A stretch of DNA of 39,903 bases, taken from the NCBI GenBank assembly GCA_035622795.1, contig DASPUR010000076.1:1-39903 (forward strand). Direction: 5' to 3'. Of this stretch, positions 26,606-37,582 are shown one piece after another. Position numbers and translations under genes: made by a program. The notes beneath the pieces were generated by a model, which saw nothing but the letters and a program-made list of their open reading frames with translations, was not told the origin of the DNA and did not search any database. The stretch's first letter is position 1; the number at the start of each line of letters is the position of its first letter. Source of the DNA: Methanoregula sp. GTDB taxonomy: Archaea > Halobacteriota > Methanomicrobia > Methanomicrobiales > Methanospirillaceae.

Positions 26606-29437
26606 TTATTCAAGAAGGACGATCTCCGGGTAGAACATACGGAGAAGGTGTTCTATGTGGACGAACGCTTTCTGGTGGTCGATATAGACCCGGAACGACT
26701 CCCCGCCCGCGGTCTTGAAGAGGAGGAAACCGGCAAGGATCTTCGGCCGTTTCATCTCGATGGAGGTGATATCCCGCCTTCTGACCTCGAAGACTGAACG
26801 CCCCTCGAGTTCGCCGATGGAGAACGGGCGGGTGTCCACGGTCATCCCGAAGAGCTCATCAAGGATGAAGGTCCCGAACTGGACCCCGCCGGTCTTGGTC
26901 GGGTCGAGCTCCGGATTGTGGATAATGAAGAGCCGCTGGTCGGTAGCATAGACCCCGTATCCCCCGGGGGCCGAGCCGATCGCACCCGCGATGGCGCCAG
27001 CGGTCCCTTCTCTGCCCGGCTTGACCGTGATGCTCGAGATCCCGCCGATGTACCGCTCTTCGAACAGGTCGTCGTCCGCGTATTTCGGTTCGGGAGTCTC
27101 GCTCACGAGGATCGACTGGATTGCAGCGACCAGGGTGCCCTTCGGGTCGTAGATCCCGGTACCCTTCCCCCAGAGGAGCATCGGGCGCCCGCCGATTGTC
27201 ACCGATTCCATGTCCCCGATGAAGGTGTCTCCTTCCCGGCTGATCGCGGGCATAGCGGCGGGGATGTCGGTGTCGGGAGGCATCACGATGTAATCGATCA
27301 GCATCGGCCGAGGTTCGCCGTAAAACGGGAGGGAATAGGCACCGTCTCCCCTGCCAATCATGGCGTCCGCTGCGATCCCGGTGAGCCGGGCGATGGCCTG
27401 GTTCCACGCGATGACTTTCCCGTCCCGGTCGATCGCGAGGATGGGGTACTGGATAGGCTCGATGGCGGTCCGGAGGTCGGCCCAGGGATTCTGGGAATCG
27501 CCAGCCGCAAGTGGGGAGACTGTTCCGGCACCATGGGCTGCAACGGTTACCGGGCCGGCGGCCGCCTGGGGCCGCACGGGTTTGTCCGGCCGATAGTTCC
27601 CGATAACGTCGAATCCCTGGATTTCGTCGATCCATGCGAGCTCCCCGCTCTCCTCCGACTGGGTCCAGTCCTTGAGGATCTCCGGCGAGAAGAGCATCAT
27701 CAGCTGCTCGATATGAGAAAATGCCTTCTGGTGATCGATATAGATCCGGAACGATTCGCCGTTTCTGGTCTGGAAGACGAGATAACCGGCGAGGAGCCGG
27801 GGCTTCTTCATCTCGATGCTGACCAGGTCGTTCTTCCAGACGGCAAAGATCTTCGCCTGCTCGAGGTCCCGGATCGAGCGCGACCGGATGTCGACATTCG
27901 TCCCGAACAGTTCGTCAAAGAGGAACGACCCGAACTGGACACCGTTGTTCCTGCTGGCATCGAGTTCCGGGTTGTGGATAATGAAGAGCCGCTGGTCGGT
28001 CGCGTAGACCCCGTATCCCCCGGATGCAGACCCGATCGCACCGGCGATAGCACCCGCGAGTCCCTTCCCGGTGACCTTCAGGATGACGCTCGAGACCCCG
28101 CCGAGATAATGTTCCTCCTCGAGAAGATTGTCGATGGTCCCGGCGGCATGGTGCTCGCTCGCGAGGATGGACTGGACTGCCCCGATGATCGTCCCGGACG
28201 CATCGCGGATCGCAGTGGCCCTCCCGACGATATGCATCGCCTTTCCCTTCAGGGTCACTTCATCGATGCCGCCGATGTAGGCATCGCCGTCCCGCTTTAT
28301 CAGCGCCGGCAGGGGCTGGCCGGCATCGCCGGGGGACGGGATGATATAGTCCACGAGCATAGGCTGCCTGCGGCCGTATACCGGTTCTGCGTACGCCCGG
28401 TCCCCCTTCCCGAGCATCGATTCCGCTGCAACCCCGGTTACGTCGGCGATGGCATCATTCCACGCGATGATGGTACCGCTGGCATCGACCGCGAAGATGG
28501 GATACCGCACCTGGGCAACGGATTTTGCGATGCGTGCGAGCGATGCCCCGTTTTCAGCGGCTCCCGCGGTACCGACCCGGGCAGTCTCCCCGCCGGGACC
28601 TGCCGGAAGCGGTGCTTTTCCGGGCCCTGCAGAGCCCGGTACCGTCTCCTTTACCTCTCCCAGCGTTACCATCCCGGTAAGATCCCGGCCATGGGCAATA
28701 TATTCTCCCGGGGCGCCGCCGTCATCGAAAAAAGCGGTCAGCCCCCATTGCAGTCTCTTCTTCTTCCCGTCGCGGAGGATGGTCTGGCACTCAACGTACA
28801 CCGCCGGGTGTTCCGGGGAGAGGGCGGCGACGAGCTTTTTCACCTCTGCCTGGTCCGGTTCGGGGATGTGCGCAAAAAATGGTTCGCTGCCCAGTTCTGA
28901 AGTCCAGGCGTCGTTTGTCACCGTGATCGAGCCGTCGGGAAGGATGCTCGCGAGAAGTTCCTGCCCGCTATGGGTAAAGATACCGAACCGGGAAATGTTC
29001 TCCGGGACCGGGGTGCCATTCTCATCGTGCCGTCGGTGGCTCTTGAGGAACTCGACCAGCTTCGGGATGTCCTCCAGGAACGCCGCACCTTTCTGGATAT
29101 AGAAGTTCCCGCCGTTGTTGAGCGTCTCGATCGCGACGCTGGCGATGTGCCGGCCGGTGAAGATGACGAACAGTGCGGGGATGCCCCGGGAGCGGATCTC
29201 CTTTAAGAGCCCGATCCCGTCCATCTCCGGCATGTAATAGTCTGAAAGGACCGCATCGTAGTGCCGGGTCTCCATCAGGCTGAGGGCCTCGGTCGCGGAG
29301 GTGCTCGTGTCGACAATGAACCCCGGTTCGCGGCGCAGGAGTTCTTTCAGGAGGATGAGGATCTGGGGATCGTCATCTACGCAGAGGAGTGATAACGATG
29401 CTGATCCCGATGCTTCTGCCGCCATACTGATATCCAT
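26606..29437 (-). CDS. multidomain signalling protein: REC - PAS - (PAS + PH-like) x2, no kinase or DNA-binding output
   Basis: REC motifs VDDD, LSDYYMPEMDG, FTG, QKG; PAS motifs PIFAVD..G.IIAWN.AI...TG; repeated YGVYATDQRLFII...SIEMK.P..LAG module. Start is 29437 or 29425. Confidence 0.85.
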   Translation of the reverse strand: MDISMAAEASGSASLSLLCVDDDPQILILLKELLRREPGFIVDTSTSATEALSLMETRHYDAVLSDYYMPEMDGIGLLKEIRSRGIPALFVIFTGRHIASVAIETLNNGGNFYIQKGAAFLEDIPKLVEFLKSHRRHDENGTPVPENISRFGIFTHSGQELLASILPDGSITVTNDAWTSELGSEPFFAHIPEPDQAEVKKLVAALSPEHPAVYVECQTILRDGKKKRLQWGLTAFFDDGGAPGEYIAHGRDLTGMVTLGEVKETVPGSAGPGKAPLPAGPGGETARVGTAGAAENGASLARIAKSVAQVRYPIFAVDASGTIIAWNDAIADVTGVAAESMLGKGDRAYAEPVYGRRQPMLVDYIIPSPGDAGQPLPALIKRDGDAYIGGIDEVTLKGKAMHIVGRATAIRDASGTIIGAVQSILASEHHAAGTIDNLLEEEHYLGGVSSVILKVTGKGLAGAIAGAIGSASGGYGVYATDQRLFIIHNPELDASRNNGVQFGSFLFDELFGTNVDIRSRSIRDLEQAKIFAVWKNDLVSIEMKKPRLLAGYLVFQTRNGESFRIYIDHQKAFSHIEQLMMLFSPEILKDWTQSEESGELAWIDEIQGFDVIGNYRPDKPVRPQAAAGPVTVAAHGAGTVSPLAAGDSQNPWADLRTAIEPIQYPILAIDRDGKVIAWNQAIARLTGIAADAMIGRGDGAYSLPFYGEPRPMLIDYIVMPPDTDIPAAMPAISREGDTFIGDMESVTIGGRPMLLWGKGTGIYDPKGTLVAAIQSILVSETPEPKYADDDLFEERYIGGISSITVKPGREGTAGAIAGAIGSAPGGYGVYATDQRLFIIHNPELDPTKTGGVQFGTFILDELFGMTVDTRPFSIGELEGRSVFEVRRRDITSIEMKRPKILAGFLLFKTAGGESFRVYIDHQKAFVHIEHLLRMFYPEIVLLE
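26609..28510 (-). repeat. intragenic tandem duplication (about 840 bp units, 1056 bp offset)
   Basis: Exact 29-mer TTGTGGATAATGAAGAGCCGCTGGTCGGT at 26916 and 27972; TAGACCCCGTATCCCCCGG at 26949 and 28005; the protein repeats are collinear. Confidence 0.9.
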
Positions 29438-29729
29438 GCTTTCCCTTGAATCGGCCGGTGGCGTGTCTGCACCACGGGTCCGGGAGGCGATCCTCCCGCA
29501 AATCTGACTGCACGCCGTCAACAGGTATTTTTCCGCTGTATTATTTATATGTTTCGATACTTTGTCCTGAGTGAACGAAACGGTTTTCAAACTTTTTGTC
29601 GGAAAAAAATTCCCGAACGCAGGAATTCATTGTTCCGGCATGCTATAAAAAAATTTCCTCATCGGTTCCGGCACTTTGCCGTTCCATAATCTATTTATTA
29701 CGGCGGGTAAGATTAGATAAGACAACAGC

Positions 29730-29804
29730 GCTGCTATAGTGTAGTCCGGCCAATCATGCGGGCCTTTCACGCCCGCGACTGGGGTTCGAATCCCCATAGC
29801 AGCA
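29730..29804 (+). tRNA. tRNA-Glu (anticodon UUC)
   Basis: Acceptor GCTGCTA/TAGCAGC plus A; anticodon arm CGGGC-CTTTCAC-GCCCG (TTC 29766-29768); T arm TGGGG-TTCGAAT-CCCCA; TTTATTA about 30 bp upstream and a T-run downstream. Confidence 0.96.
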
Positions 29805-30132
29805 TTTTTCTTTTGACGGCCGGGACATTTTGAAAAGTTCTGACTTTATATTTACAATAAAGCGGTTAACCATTGGAGATCGCAGCGACAATTCAATGAA
29901 TAAAAAATCCGGAATGCATTTTTTAAAAAGCCAACATCACATTCCCGGAAACCTCTGGTTGTCCTGCAAGCACCCCTAAATTAATTATCCCCGGCTTCAA
30001 TTTACCGGATTGCGAACGGACCAGGGCCCGATATTATCTGCTATGGTGGGTTGTCCGGAATATTGACAGATTGAACTCTTTCCTGGCAGGGTATCACGGG
30101 CCGGTCACTCTTCAGGATGTCTATTCAATTGA

Positions 30133-32382
<2,250 letters not shown>

Positions 32383-32417
32383 CAACGTATAAGGAACCCG
32401 GACTGTGTGGCAGGAAG

Positions 32418-33506
32418 ATGGCTGAAGTTGTGAACAACAGAGCTGATGGGCCGCCACGGATCATCTCGTGGAATATTACTCTGCGGTGTCCGCTGAAGTG
32501 CACTCATTGTTACGTTGCGGCGGGCAGGGATGAAACGACAGGCGTTCTCACCACGGACGAGGCGCTGGGGGTTATCGACCAGATACGGGCAGTGGGAAGA
32601 CCGGTCGTCGTGCTCTCCGGTGGAGAGCCTCTGATGCGGGACGACCTCTGCAGGATTGCCCGGTACGGAACGGAGGAGGGCCTCCGGATAGTGATGGGCA
32701 CGAGCGGGTATCTCCTTGACCGGCCCATGGCCTTCCGTCTCCGGGAAGCGGGGATCCGTGCGGCTGCCATCAGTATCGACTCCGTCGATCCGTCCGTCCA
32801 TGACTCGTTCCGGGGTGTCAGGGGTGCGTGGGAGAAGGCGGTGCAGGCAATCCGGAACTGCCGCGATGAAGGAATCGGCGTCCAGATCAACATGACCGTG
32901 ATGCGGCCATCGGCCGGGGACGTGGAATCCGTGGTGGAGTTCGGGAAGGATCTGGGGGTGAAGGATTACCAGGTTTTCTTCCCCGTGCAGACCGGGCGTG
33001 CGAAAGATGCAGGCCCGTCGGATCCCCGGATGCAGGAGGAGGTCATCCGGCAGCTGCTCCTGAAGTACCGCGATACCGGCGTGAACCTCCGCCCCACCTG
33101 TGCCCCGCAGTTCCGCAGGATCGCACGGGAAGCCGGGATCGAAAACCCGGCCTGGGGCCGCGGCTGCATCGCCGGTATCCGCTACTGCCGGATTTATGCG
33201 AACGGCGATGTCACGCCCTGCCCGTATCTGCCGGTCAGCGCCGGGAATGTTCGTACAACCTCGTTCGGGGAGATCTGGTTCCGGTCACCGGTATTTGCGG
33301 CCCTTCGTGACCCGGACCTCCTGACCGGGAAATGCGGGAGGTGTGGATACCAGGGCATATGCGGCGGCTGCCGGGCCCGGGCATACCGGGGAACGGAAGC
33401 GTTCTCCCACCGCTGGTGCGACGGGCTGGAGCAGCCCCGGGCGATTGCAGGCGAACTCTGCACCGAGGACCCGTGGTGCCCGTACGAACCGGGAGGCAGT
33501 TCATGA
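32418..33506 (+). CDS. ahbD: heme b synthase, radical SAM/SPASM (AhbD/NirJ2-like)
   Basis: PRIISWNITLRCPLKCTHC, LSGGEPL, HDSFRG, QIN, FFPVQTGR, TCAP, PCPYLP, GKCGRC...CGGCRARAY; clustered with ahbAB. Confidence 0.82.
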   Translation: MAEVVNNRADGPPRIISWNITLRCPLKCTHCYVAAGRDETTGVLTTDEALGVIDQIRAVGRPVVVLSGGEPLMRDDLCRIARYGTEEGLRIVMGTSGYLLDRPMAFRLREAGIRAAAISIDSVDPSVHDSFRGVRGAWEKAVQAIRNCRDEGIGVQINMTVMRPSAGDVESVVEFGKDLGVKDYQVFFPVQTGRAKDAGPSDPRMQEEVIRQLLLKYRDTGVNLRPTCAPQFRRIAREAGIENPAWGRGCIAGIRYCRIYANGDVTPCPYLPVSAGNVRTTSFGEIWFRSPVFAALRDPDLLTGKCGRCGYQGICGGCRARAYRGTEAFSHRWCDGLEQPRAIAGELCTEDPWCPYEPGGSS

Positions 33507-34012
33507 GCCACAGACCGACAACCGACCCCCTCGATCTCCGCATCCTCGATGCGCTCCAGCAGGATATCCCGCTCGTCACCCGGCCATGGGAAGCGGTTGC
33601 AGCCCGGCTCGGAATTCCGGAATCCGTGCTCCTGGAACGGCTGACGCGGCTGTCCCGCGAAGGGATTGTCCGGGGCATCTCGCCCGTTATCGAGTCGCGG
33701 CCGCTGGGTATCACTGCCGCAACGCTCGTTGCGCTTCCCGTGCCGGACGGAAGAATCCGTGAGGTTGCCGGAATTATCAGCAGGTACCCGGAGGTCTCGC
33801 ACAATTTCCGGCGCGATCACCGGTATACTCTCTGGTTCACGCTCTCGGCTAAAGACGAACCGACGCTTCAGAATCTCCTGCAGGAGATCCTTGAGGAGAC
33901 TGGCTTCTCGCGGGACGATATCCTGGACCTGCCGACCGTGCAGAAGATCAAGATCAATGTACGGTTTCCCCTTGCAGGAGACCGGATCAGGGGTCAGCAT
34001 GGACAGGCATGA
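33503..34012 (+). CDS. ahbA: siroheme decarboxylase subunit (NirD/G-like, Lrp fold)
   Basis: LQQDIPL..RPW, TLVA, VSHNFRRDH.YTLWFTL; ATGA overlap with ahbD. Confidence 0.88.
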   Translation: MSHRPTTDPLDLRILDALQQDIPLVTRPWEAVAARLGIPESVLLERLTRLSREGIVRGISPVIESRPLGITAATLVALPVPDGRIREVAGIISRYPEVSHNFRRDHRYTLWFTLSAKDEPTLQNLLQEILEETGFSRDDILDLPTVQKIKINVRFPLAGDRIRGQHGQA

Positions 34013-34484
34013 TTGGGAAATCCTAGCCGCCCTCGAAGACGGGCTCCCGCCCGTTCCCGAGCCCTTTGACGGGATCGGGAAACGGCTTGGCATAAGTGGA
34101 GGGGAGGTCCTCAAACGGATCCGGAACATGCAGGAAACCGGCATTATCCGCCGGTTCCGGGTCCGCATCAACCAGCGGAAGCTGGGTATTACCGCCAATG
34201 CCCTTGTCGCATGGGACTGCAACGGGAGGCCGGCCGTGGAAACCGGGGCCCTTCTGGCATCGTTCCCCTGCGTCACCCACTGTTACGAGCGGAGACCCGT
34301 GCCGGGGCGGTGGCACTATTCCCTGTATACCGTCCATCACGGGTATTCCCGGACAGAGGTGGATGACGAGGTCCGGCGGATTGCCGTGCAGGCCGGCCTG
34401 TCAAGGTACCTCGTCCTCTTCAGCACCGAGGAGTTCAAGCGCGTCCCGAATGTCCGCATCCGGGAGAACGGGAGGGAGTCATGA
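33999..34484 (+). CDS. ahbB: siroheme decarboxylase subunit (NirH/L-like)
   Basis: GLP.VPEPF, QRKLGITANALVAW, VTHCYER...W.YSLYTVHHG, LFSTEEFK. Confidence 0.9.
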   Translation: MDRHDWEILAALEDGLPPVPEPFDGIGKRLGISGGEVLKRIRNMQETGIIRRFRVRINQRKLGITANALVAWDCNGRPAVETGALLASFPCVTHCYERRPVPGRWHYSLYTVHHGYSRTEVDDEVRRIAVQAGLSRYLVLFSTEEFKRVPNVRIRENGRES

Positions 34485-35671
34485 ACCGGATCACGCAGTG
34501 CCTCCATGGCAGGGGAACGGTAAGTGCCGTCATGAAGCACCGTCACGGGAACGGTGCCGTACCAGGCCGGTACCTTGCATTTGCCGGTATGCGCAGCCCC
34601 GTTGTCTTCTGGAACCTCACGGACCGGTGCAACCTCTCCTGCACCCACTGCTACAGCACCTCCGGGCCGGGAAGCCAGACCTCCGGCGAGCTGACCGCAG
34701 CGGAGGCCCGTGCGTTCATCGACGATCTCGCGGCGGCAAAGATCCCGCTCGTCATCTTCACGGGCGGCGAGCCGCTGCTCCATCCCGATATCTGGGAGCT
34801 TGCAGAATACTGCAGGGAAAAGGGGATCAGGACCGCGCTCAGCACCAACGGGACGCTCGTGAACGGTGAGGTTGCCGGAAAGATCAAACACAGCGGGATC
34901 GGGTATGCAGGCATCTCGCTCGATGGGGCGATCCCGGCAACCCATGACCGGTTCCGGAACAGCCCGGGAGCATTTGACCGGGCCGTTGCGGCCTTTGTCG
35001 GGTGCCGAAAAGCCGGGGTACGTACCGGGGTCCGGGTGACCTTAACGAAGGAGAACCAGGGGGAGCTTCCAGCCCTCGTAGACCTTGCCCGGGACCTCGG
35101 AGCCTCCCGTTTCTGCCTGTACTGGCTTGTGCCCTGCGGCCGGGGGAGCGATGGGTACGAACGGCTCCAGCTGGACGGGGAGGACGTCACCCGGGCGCTG
35201 ACCCTCCTTTACCGGAAAGCAAAGGACATCCCGGCGGAGGAGATGGAGTTCCTCACGGTCGATGCTCCGCAGGACTGCATCCAGCTGCTGCAATCCATGG
35301 AACGCGACGGCTCGGCGGATCTTGAGGATGCCCGTGGGCTCCTTGCCTCTTTGCATGGCGGGTGCAGTGCCGGTGACCGGGTTGCGAATGTCGACCCCCG
35401 CGGGAACGTATACCCCTGCCAGTTTGCCCGGTCGCCGGATTTCCTGGTGGGCAACATCCGCGATCGCCCCTTCTCCGCACTCTGGAATGATGACGGAAAT
35501 CCCGTGCTTGCACGGTTCCGGACAAAACCCCGCAAGCTCCAGGGAAAATGTCAGTCATGTTCCTATCTCCTGCTCTGTGGCGGGGGGTGCAGAGTGCGGG
35601 CATATGCCAGAACCGGGAATTTTTCCGGCGAAGATCCCTTTTGTTATCTGCCCTGGAAGACAGACCTCTGA
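34481..35671 (+). CDS. ahbC: Fe-coproporphyrin III synthase, radical SAM/SPASM (AhbC/NirJ1-like)
   Basis: N-terminal extension then PVVFWNLTDRCNLSCTHC, YAGISLDG, GVRVT, RFCLYWLVP.GRG, EFLTVD, YPCQF, C..C....CGGGCRVRA, EDPFCY. Confidence 0.85.
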   Translation: MNRITQCLHGRGTVSAVMKHRHGNGAVPGRYLAFAGMRSPVVFWNLTDRCNLSCTHCYSTSGPGSQTSGELTAAEARAFIDDLAAAKIPLVIFTGGEPLLHPDIWELAEYCREKGIRTALSTNGTLVNGEVAGKIKHSGIGYAGISLDGAIPATHDRFRNSPGAFDRAVAAFVGCRKAGVRTGVRVTLTKENQGELPALVDLARDLGASRFCLYWLVPCGRGSDGYERLQLDGEDVTRALTLLYRKAKDIPAEEMEFLTVDAPQDCIQLLQSMERDGSADLEDARGLLASLHGGCSAGDRVANVDPRGNVYPCQFARSPDFLVGNIRDRPFSALWNDDGNPVLARFRTKPRKLQGKCQSCSYLLLCGGGCRVRAYARTGNFSGEDPFCYLPWKTDL

Positions 35672-35876
35672 TGGTTTCGCGGTTCATATTAGGAAAGAAC
35701 CACAATTACAGTGGTCAAGGGCTGGAGCGCATTCACCGTCTCCTTTGCGATACTCATTTCTACAGGACCGGTTGTTCCCGAACAAATCGGGAGATCACCA
35801 GGAGAAACTCGCCGCGCAAAAAATGCAATCACCTGACGAATGGATGTAAAAAAGGTGGCTGGTTCCCGGAAAAAAA

Positions 35877-37502
35877 TTACATGCTCGTCCCGTTCAGCAC
35901 CGGGACGGTTGGGGTCGGGGTTGCCGATGGCGTCGGGGCGGCTGCGGCCTTCAGGTCAACCTGGATCTCGTCAGTCCCCTTCGGGGCCGAGGTCTTCTTG
36001 GACGCGACCACGACACCGTTCTTGTACACCTCGACCAGGATCGGGTCGGCAGACCCGTCGTTCTTGGTGAAGGTTGCCACCACGATGCCGGTCAGAGTCG
36101 GGACCTGGTAGACATGGTCGCCAGAGTCGGTCACGTCCTTCTCGTATCCCGGTGTCCCGTACGATCCGGTGTACGACCCGCCGTAGCTCACATGGATCCA
36201 GACCCCTGTCTGGGGTACCGCTGCCGGCGGCGGTGTCGGCGCCTGGGTAGGTGCCGAAGAGGTCGTTACCGGGGGTGCGGTCGCAGTCGGGGCGGCGGTT
36301 GTCTGCACGGGCGTTGCAGCAGTTGTCGCCATCGTGGGAGTGGGGGTGACTTCAGGCGTTTCGCCTCCGCCGTTCTTCATGAGGAGGAACCCGCCGGCGA
36401 TGATAGCAATGACCACGACCGCGATAACGGCATACAGGAGGAAACGTGGTTTTTTCACAGGGAACTGTCTCTCAGGGAACGACGGTGCCGCGGCCTCGGG
36501 CGGGAATGCGGGCGACCCTGCACCGGCGTTCGCCGCCACTCCCGGGGCTTCTTCGGCCGCTGCAGGCTGGGACGGGATGAGAATATTGGAGAAGAGGTCG
36601 AGGTTCTTCTTCGTGGGGTCCGTTTCAGCCGGAGCGGCAGGGGCCTGCGTGGCTTTGTCTGCGGCTGCTCCCGGCGGGACCGCGGTATCGTGCCGGGACG
36701 GGACGAGCGGGGCTGGCTGCGTCCGGGGTTTCGAGTCCTCGATCAGGGGCTCGATGGAGTGGATGACGTCCTCGATGGGACGTTCCTTCCCCGGGATCGG
36801 GGTGACGATGTTCGGGACCGGTACCGGCACCTGCTGTACGCCGGGTTCCTGCTGGGGTGCGGGTGTCGTGACCTGGTCAAGCGGGCCCGCCACCCGGGTG
36901 CCGCACCGGTTACAGAACGCGGAATCGGGCGGTACCCGGCTCCCGCACCGTGAACAGAAGGACCCCTGGGGAAGAGAAGTCGTCTCCTTGGGTTTCTGGG
37001 GGGCGGGGACGGTCTCGATGATCTTTTTCATGGGCCGGGCGACCTCGATCCGTTTCTTCCCCGTCAGGGATCCCAGGCCCGCCGGTTGCGCAACCGGGGG
37101 GGCCTGCGGGGCAGGAACGGGTTCGAAAGCGGGCGCACCCGTGTGGATGGGCAGGCCGGAGAAACTGCCCAGCCGCTCCCGCAGGACTTTCACCCACTCG
37201 TCGCACTCCCGCCTCCGCTCCCCGCCTGACTGCCGGGAGAAGGTGAGCACCATCTGCCGCGTGCTGCCCACCTCGGTCGCAACGGAGAAGGTGATGGTCG
37301 GGTCACGTATGGCGTTCTCCCCGGTGTCCATCGACATGACGGCCGCAAGGGGAAGGTACTGGGGAGGCATCAGTGTGTCCCTGCTGTTTACGAGAATAAG
37401 GCGTTCGTTTGTCAGGATCGCCTCGAAAGGAACGGACTTCACTACAATATTCTGCGCAGCCAGCAATACTGACTCGTCTCTGTTCAGCTCGGGGTGCCCC
37501 AT
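35877..37502 (-). CDS. membrane protein: PH-like N-terminus, zinc ribbon, Pro-rich linker, TM helix, Thr-rich extracellular domain
   Basis: AILTNERLILV (PH-like strand motif), FCSRCG..FCNRCG, TM LLYAVIAVVVIAIIAGGFLL, TPT repeats. Real start ATG 37502; the upstream part of the tracked ORF overlaps serS. Confidence 0.82.
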   Translation of the reverse strand: MGHPELNRDESVLLAAQNIVVKSVPFEAILTNERLILVNSRDTLMPPQYLPLAAVMSMDTGENAIRDPTITFSVATEVGSTRQMVLTFSRQSGGERRRECDEWVKVLRERLGSFSGLPIHTGAPAFEPVPAPQAPPVAQPAGLGSLTGKKRIEVARPMKKIIETVPAPQKPKETTSLPQGSFCSRCGSRVPPDSAFCNRCGTRVAGPLDQVTTPAPQQEPGVQQVPVPVPNIVTPIPGKERPIEDVIHSIEPLIEDSKPRTQPAPLVPSRHDTAVPPGAAADKATQAPAAPAETDPTKKNLDLFSNILIPSQPAAAEEAPGVAANAGAGSPAFPPEAAAPSFPERQFPVKKPRFLLYAVIAVVVIAIIAGGFLLMKNGGGETPEVTPTPTMATTAATPVQTTAAPTATAPPVTTSSAPTQAPTPPPAAVPQTGVWIHVSYGGSYTGSYGTPGYEKDVTDSGDHVYQVPTLTGIVVATFTKNDGSADPILVEVYKNGVVVASKKTSAPKGTDEIQVDLKAAAAPTPSATPTPTVPVLNGTSM

Positions 37503-37582
37503 AATACCACGTTCTTCATTATTACTCTCATCATTATCACCTGATAAGGATTTGTTGCACCTTAAACCTGCCGGGCGGGGGA

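Noticed and set aside
26918-28900. Long antisense ORFs (660 aa here; also 2507-4033, 14968-16482, 23388-25100, 36334-37617)
   Set aside because: These are shadows of real genes in GC-rich sequence and have no recognisable motifs.
33503-34484. Pair of Lrp/AsnC transcription regulators
   Set aside because: The SHNxxR and THCYER motifs and the position between two NirJ-like radical SAM genes indicate AhbA/AhbB enzymes.
35672-35876. attR copy of the tRNA-Glu 3' end bounding a katG-ahb island
   Set aside because: No match to TCCCCATAGCAGCA was seen and there is no integrase in the window.
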